In this document: positions 39,479 to 42,435 of the stretch, piece after piece
How positions within the stretch are numbered: position 1 is the first letter of the stretch
Layout of the letters: every line of letters begins with the position of its first letter
DNA from: Armatimonadota bacterium
GTDB lineage: Bacteria > Sysuimicrobiota > Sysuimicrobiia > Sysuimicrobiales > Kaftiobacteriaceae
Reading direction: 5' to 3'
Length of the DNA: 42,435 nt
Assembly (NCBI GenBank): GCA_016193565.1
Contig: JACPRY010000002.1
Span: 1 to 42,435, forward strand
The notes under the pieces: model-generated
Told to the model about the DNA's origin: nothing
What the model saw: only the letters and a program-made list of their open reading frames with translations
Databases searched by the model: none
Program-made: the position numbers and the translations under genes

Positions 39479-40022
39479 GGTATTCGCCCGTGCGCGTGTC
39501 GATGCGCACGCGATCGCCTGCGGAGACGAAGAACGGCACCTGCACCGTGATCCCGGTCTCCAGCTTCGCCGGTTTTGAACTGCCGGCAGCGGTGTCCCCT
39601 TTCACTCCCGGCGGTGTCTCCACCACCTCAAGCTCCACGGCGTTCGGCAGCTCGACAGCGATCGGCCGGCCCTCGTAAAACACGACGGTGACATCGGTGT
39701 TTTCCTTCAAGTAGCCCACGGCATCGCCGAGCAATGCATTCGGGAGCGAGAGCTGCTCGTACGTCTGGTGATCCATCACGACGTACTCGCCCGCCTGCGA
39801 GTACAGGAACTGCATCGGCTTCCGATCGAGGTAGGCCTGGCTCACGCGCTCATCGGAGGTGAAGTTGCGTTCCAGCACGGCCCCGGTCTTCAGGTTGCGG
39901 AGCCTCGCGCGCACGAACGCCTGGCGCTGCGCCCGCTTGTGATGGTGTGTCTCAATCACCGCGTATAGGTCGCCTTCCAGCTGGATGACCACGCCCGGGC
40001 GGAGATCGCCGGTCGAGATCAT
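39462..40022 (-). CDS. efp: Elongation factor P
   Basis: AFVR..L.NL.TG, MQFLY, T.PGVKGDT, KPA.LETG..V.VP.F, DTRTGEY..R. Confidence 0.96.
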   Translation of the reverse strand: MISTGDLRPGVVIQLEGDLYAVIETHHHKRAQRQAFVRARLRNLKTGAVLERNFTSDERVSQAYLDRKPMQFLYSQAGEYVVMDHQTYEQLSLPNALLGDAVGYLKENTDVTVVFYEGRPIAVELPNAVELEVVETPPGVKGDTAAGSSKPAKLETGITVQVPFFVSAGDRVRIDTRTGEYLERVK

Positions 40023-41080
40023 AGGACCAGCAGCTCCTTCGGCGCGCGCGTGAGAACTTCACTGGCGTGGTCGCGGATCACCACGAGGTCTTCGATGCGC
40101 ACCCCGCCCCACCCGGCCAGGTAGATGCCGGGTTCTACCGTCACCACCATGCTCGCTCCGAGCACGGCGTCCTCACGCGGAGACAGCGTCGGGCCCTCGT
40201 GCACCATCAGGCCGACGCCGTGCCCCAAACTGTGCCCAAAGGCATCCCCGTAGCCAGCGCCGGCGATCACGTCGCGCGCCAGCGCATCGGCTTCCTTGCC
40301 CGTCATGCCGGCATGAATGCCGCGCACCGCCGTCTGCTGCGCCTCAAGGACGAGCGCGTAGACCTCCCGCTGCTTTGGTGACACTTCGTCGATCACCACG
40401 GTGCGCGTGCAGTCAGAGTTGTAGTGACGGTACACCGCCCCGAAATCCAAGGTCACGAGGTCCCCTGCCTGCAGGACGCGCTCGGCGGCGCGCCCGTGCG
40501 GGAGCGATGAGCGCGGGCCGCTGGCGACGATGGTCTCGAACGCCTCCTTGTCCGCGCCGTGGCGCCGCATGAAGAACTCCATCTCCAGGGCGATATCGCG
40601 CTCCACCGCCCCGGGCCGCAGGTACGAGCGGATGTGGGCGAACGCCGCATCAGCGATCTCGACGGCCTTCCGGATGCGCGAGAGTTCCTCGTCGTCTTTC
40701 ACCCAACGCGCCCGGTCCAGGCCTTCCATCGGCACCAATTCCGCCGGCTGAAGTCTTGTCGTGTAGTCCTGATACTGCTTGACGGTGACTGATTCGCTCT
40801 CGAAACCGATCCGCTTCCATTCCCGCTGCTGCACGAGCGCGGCCAGCGTTTCGATGTACTGCCGGTCGGCCTTCATCACCTCGAACTCGGGCGCCTCGCG
40901 TCCCGCCTGCTCCACGTACCGGAAGTCCACCAATAAGATCGCTTCTTTCCGCGTGACGATCGCGACGCCGTCGGAGCCAAAGAACCCCGTCACGTACGCC
41001 CGGTTCTCGGACTTCTGAATGAGCAGCGCATCCAGGTTATGCTGGCTGAGCATCGAGCGAACCCGCTCGAGTCGAGACAT
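40019..41080 (-). CDS. Xaa-Pro aminopeptidase (M24B; YqhT/PapA-like)
   Basis: N..Y.TGF.G, DFRY, PHG, DFGA...Y.SD.TRT, H.LGHGVG, EPGIY, GVRIED. Confidence 0.93.
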   Translation of the reverse strand: MSRLERVRSMLSQHNLDALLIQKSENRAYVTGFFGSDGVAIVTRKEAILLVDFRYVEQAGREAPEFEVMKADRQYIETLAALVQQREWKRIGFESESVTVKQYQDYTTRLQPAELVPMEGLDRARWVKDDEELSRIRKAVEIADAAFAHIRSYLRPGAVERDIALEMEFFMRRHGADKEAFETIVASGPRSSLPHGRAAERVLQAGDLVTLDFGAVYRHYNSDCTRTVVIDEVSPKQREVYALVLEAQQTAVRGIHAGMTGKEADALARDVIAGAGYGDAFGHSLGHGVGLMVHEGPTLSPREDAVLGASMVVTVEPGIYLAGWGGVRIEDLVVIRDHASEVLTRAPKELLVL

Positions 41081-41173
41081 CAAGATAACTACGCTCCTCG
41101 CGCAATCTGATCCTGACTTTGGTTCGTGAGTTCTGGTGGAATGGCCTTCTCCAGTCGCACCACGCATCCAACG

Positions 41174-41755
41174 TCATTCTGCGACGGCGGTTTCAGTTGG
41201 TCGAGCGGTCTTCATTGAGTGACGGACGAACTCCACATAGGCCGATCTCGCTCGACCGCGGTCTTCCGCCAGGAGCGCAAGTACCGGCGCCACGTCGACG
41301 AGAGAATCTCCACCATCGGTCGCATAGGCGCCAAAACTGCTCCACGGATACTGCTCAGGCTGCTCTACGATGCCGGCTCGCACGGGGTTAAGGTGTACGT
41401 AGCACGTCGACTGGAGAAGATCCTCATTGCGATCGATAACCCGGCCATGGAAGCGCGTCGCAAACAGGTGCCCCCGTCTGGTGTGTTTCCGATTGAACGC
41501 GATTGCGTAGCGACCGTGCACCCACCAGATGCTTTCGGAGACGTTGGGCTTCGTCGTCTGAATGACGAGATGGATGTGGGTAGTCATCAGTGCGTAGGCG
41601 AAGATGCAAGGGTCGCACTTTGCCTTGGCTTCGGCGAGTAGGATCAGGTACCGATACCGATCCCCGTCGTCCACGAAGAGTGCGTCTCCGCCGGTGGCAT
41701 GCGCCGTGATGTGGTAGGTGACTCCGGCACCAAGCAAACGGTGCGCCCTAGGCAT
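41174..41755 (-). mobile_element. REP-associated tyrosine transposase (RAYT, Y1_Tnp/HUH family)
   Basis: MPR start, YHIT, YALMTTHIHL (HUH), GHLF..RF, YVHLNPVRAG (catalytic Tyr), YPWSS. Confidence 0.88.
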
Positions 41756-41768
41756 TGCTCTTCCTCAC

Positions 41769-41844
41769 AGGCCAGATCTGAGAGATCTGTGCCTCACCTC
41801 AGGTGCCAGGCACCTGAGTGCCTGGCACCTGAGTGCCTGGCACC
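41769..41844. repeat. REP-like palindrome cluster upstream of RAYT
   Basis: AGGC-CAGATCT-GAG-AGATCTG-T-GCCT hairpin, then three GTGCCWGGCAC palindromes at 15-bp spacing (41803, 41818, 41833). Confidence 0.85.
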
Positions 41845-41895
41845 GGCATGAGAGATAGCTCAAATGGGTCATCTCCCTTTGTGCTCACGGTTGGC

Positions 41896-42375
41896 CTAGG
41901 GACAACCGGTGTTGGACACGCGGACCCGTCCTGTGGCGGGCATCACGCGGACGCACAGGTGGGCGGAGCCGGCTCTCAGGGTCACCGTGCCTCCGCCGGA
42001 TGGGGCGCCAAACAGACTGACACCCGTGAAGAACACCGCTGAGGAGGGGCTCCCGCCGAAGCGGACATGCGTCAGGTGAACGCGGGCGGGGAGGCGCTGC
42101 TCGCGCACGACGGTGGTCCTGCTCCCGGTCCGGATGAAGACGAGGTAGCGAGAGGCCTCGGGCCGGAACTCGATGCCGTGGCGGCGGTCGGGCTCTCGCT
42201 CGGCGATGGCGCGGGCCTGCACCAGCCGCAGATCAGCGACCAGCGTGATCGCGGCTGAGCGAAGGGCGACCCGGGACAGCAGGGGATACGCCAGCCAGAC
42301 GACCCCGAGCAGGCCGGCCGCCAGTCCACTGACGATGATGACCTCAAAGAGGGTCGCGCCTTTTTGCGTGGCCAC
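41896..42375 (-). CDS. Type IV pilin/pseudopilin (GspH/FimT/ComGD-like)
   Basis: QKG|ATLFE class III signal, hydrophobic helix, DLR..Q.RAI, C-terminal TGRVR. Confidence 0.8.
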   Translation of the reverse strand: MATQKGATLFEVIIVSGLAAGLLGVVWLAYPLLSRVALRSAAITLVADLRLVQARAIAEREPDRRHGIEFRPEASRYLVFIRTGSRTTVVREQRLPARVHLTHVRFGGSPSSAVFFTGVSLFGAPSGGGTVTLRAGSAHLCVRVMPATGRVRVSNTGCP

Positions 42376-42377
42376 GC

Positions 42378-42405
42378 ACTGACCCCTACGCTCTCCGGGG
42401 TCAGT
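42378..42405. repeat. REP-like hairpin
   Basis: ACTGACCCC-N10-GGGGTCAGT perfect 9-bp inverted repeat. Confidence 0.55.
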
Positions 42406-42435
42406 CCACCACACTCAATGAACTGCGCCAATGAC

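Overview
High-GC bacterial chromosomal segment, mostly minus-strand core genes in Bacillota/Terrabacteria-like order: pseudopilin-[RAYT]-pepP-efp-nusB-acyP-ispA-tlyA-nadK-pyrG-ilvE-nudF-xerD-deoB-punA-pdp, then lysA-M50 protease-scpAB-dacB-like, and cmk-plsC-ispH-der-plsY. It is interrupted by an acyl-CoA cluster: hbd, acyl-CoA dehydrogenase, etfBA, a two-subunit B12 mutase with isobutyryl-CoA mutase residues, a canonical thiolase, and two Cys-less thiolase-fold genes plus two DUF35 genes. The strongest unexplained signal is intergenic. Six gene junctions hold 74-100 bp elements made of about four tandem 7-8-mers, a unique 17-26 nt spacer, and about four inverted copies. They use several unit families, often supply the neighbouring gene's stop codon and abut the next Shine-Dalgarno. 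One 9-mer pair may bracket about 1.1 kb of cargo. Other highlights are a ~177-nt structured ncRNA candidate with a near-consensus promoter between efp and nusB, an EF-P with RAQR in place of PGKG, and a RAYT with REP-like palindromes. No rRNA, tRNA or CRISPR array was seen. All calls are by eye and motif; no searches were run.
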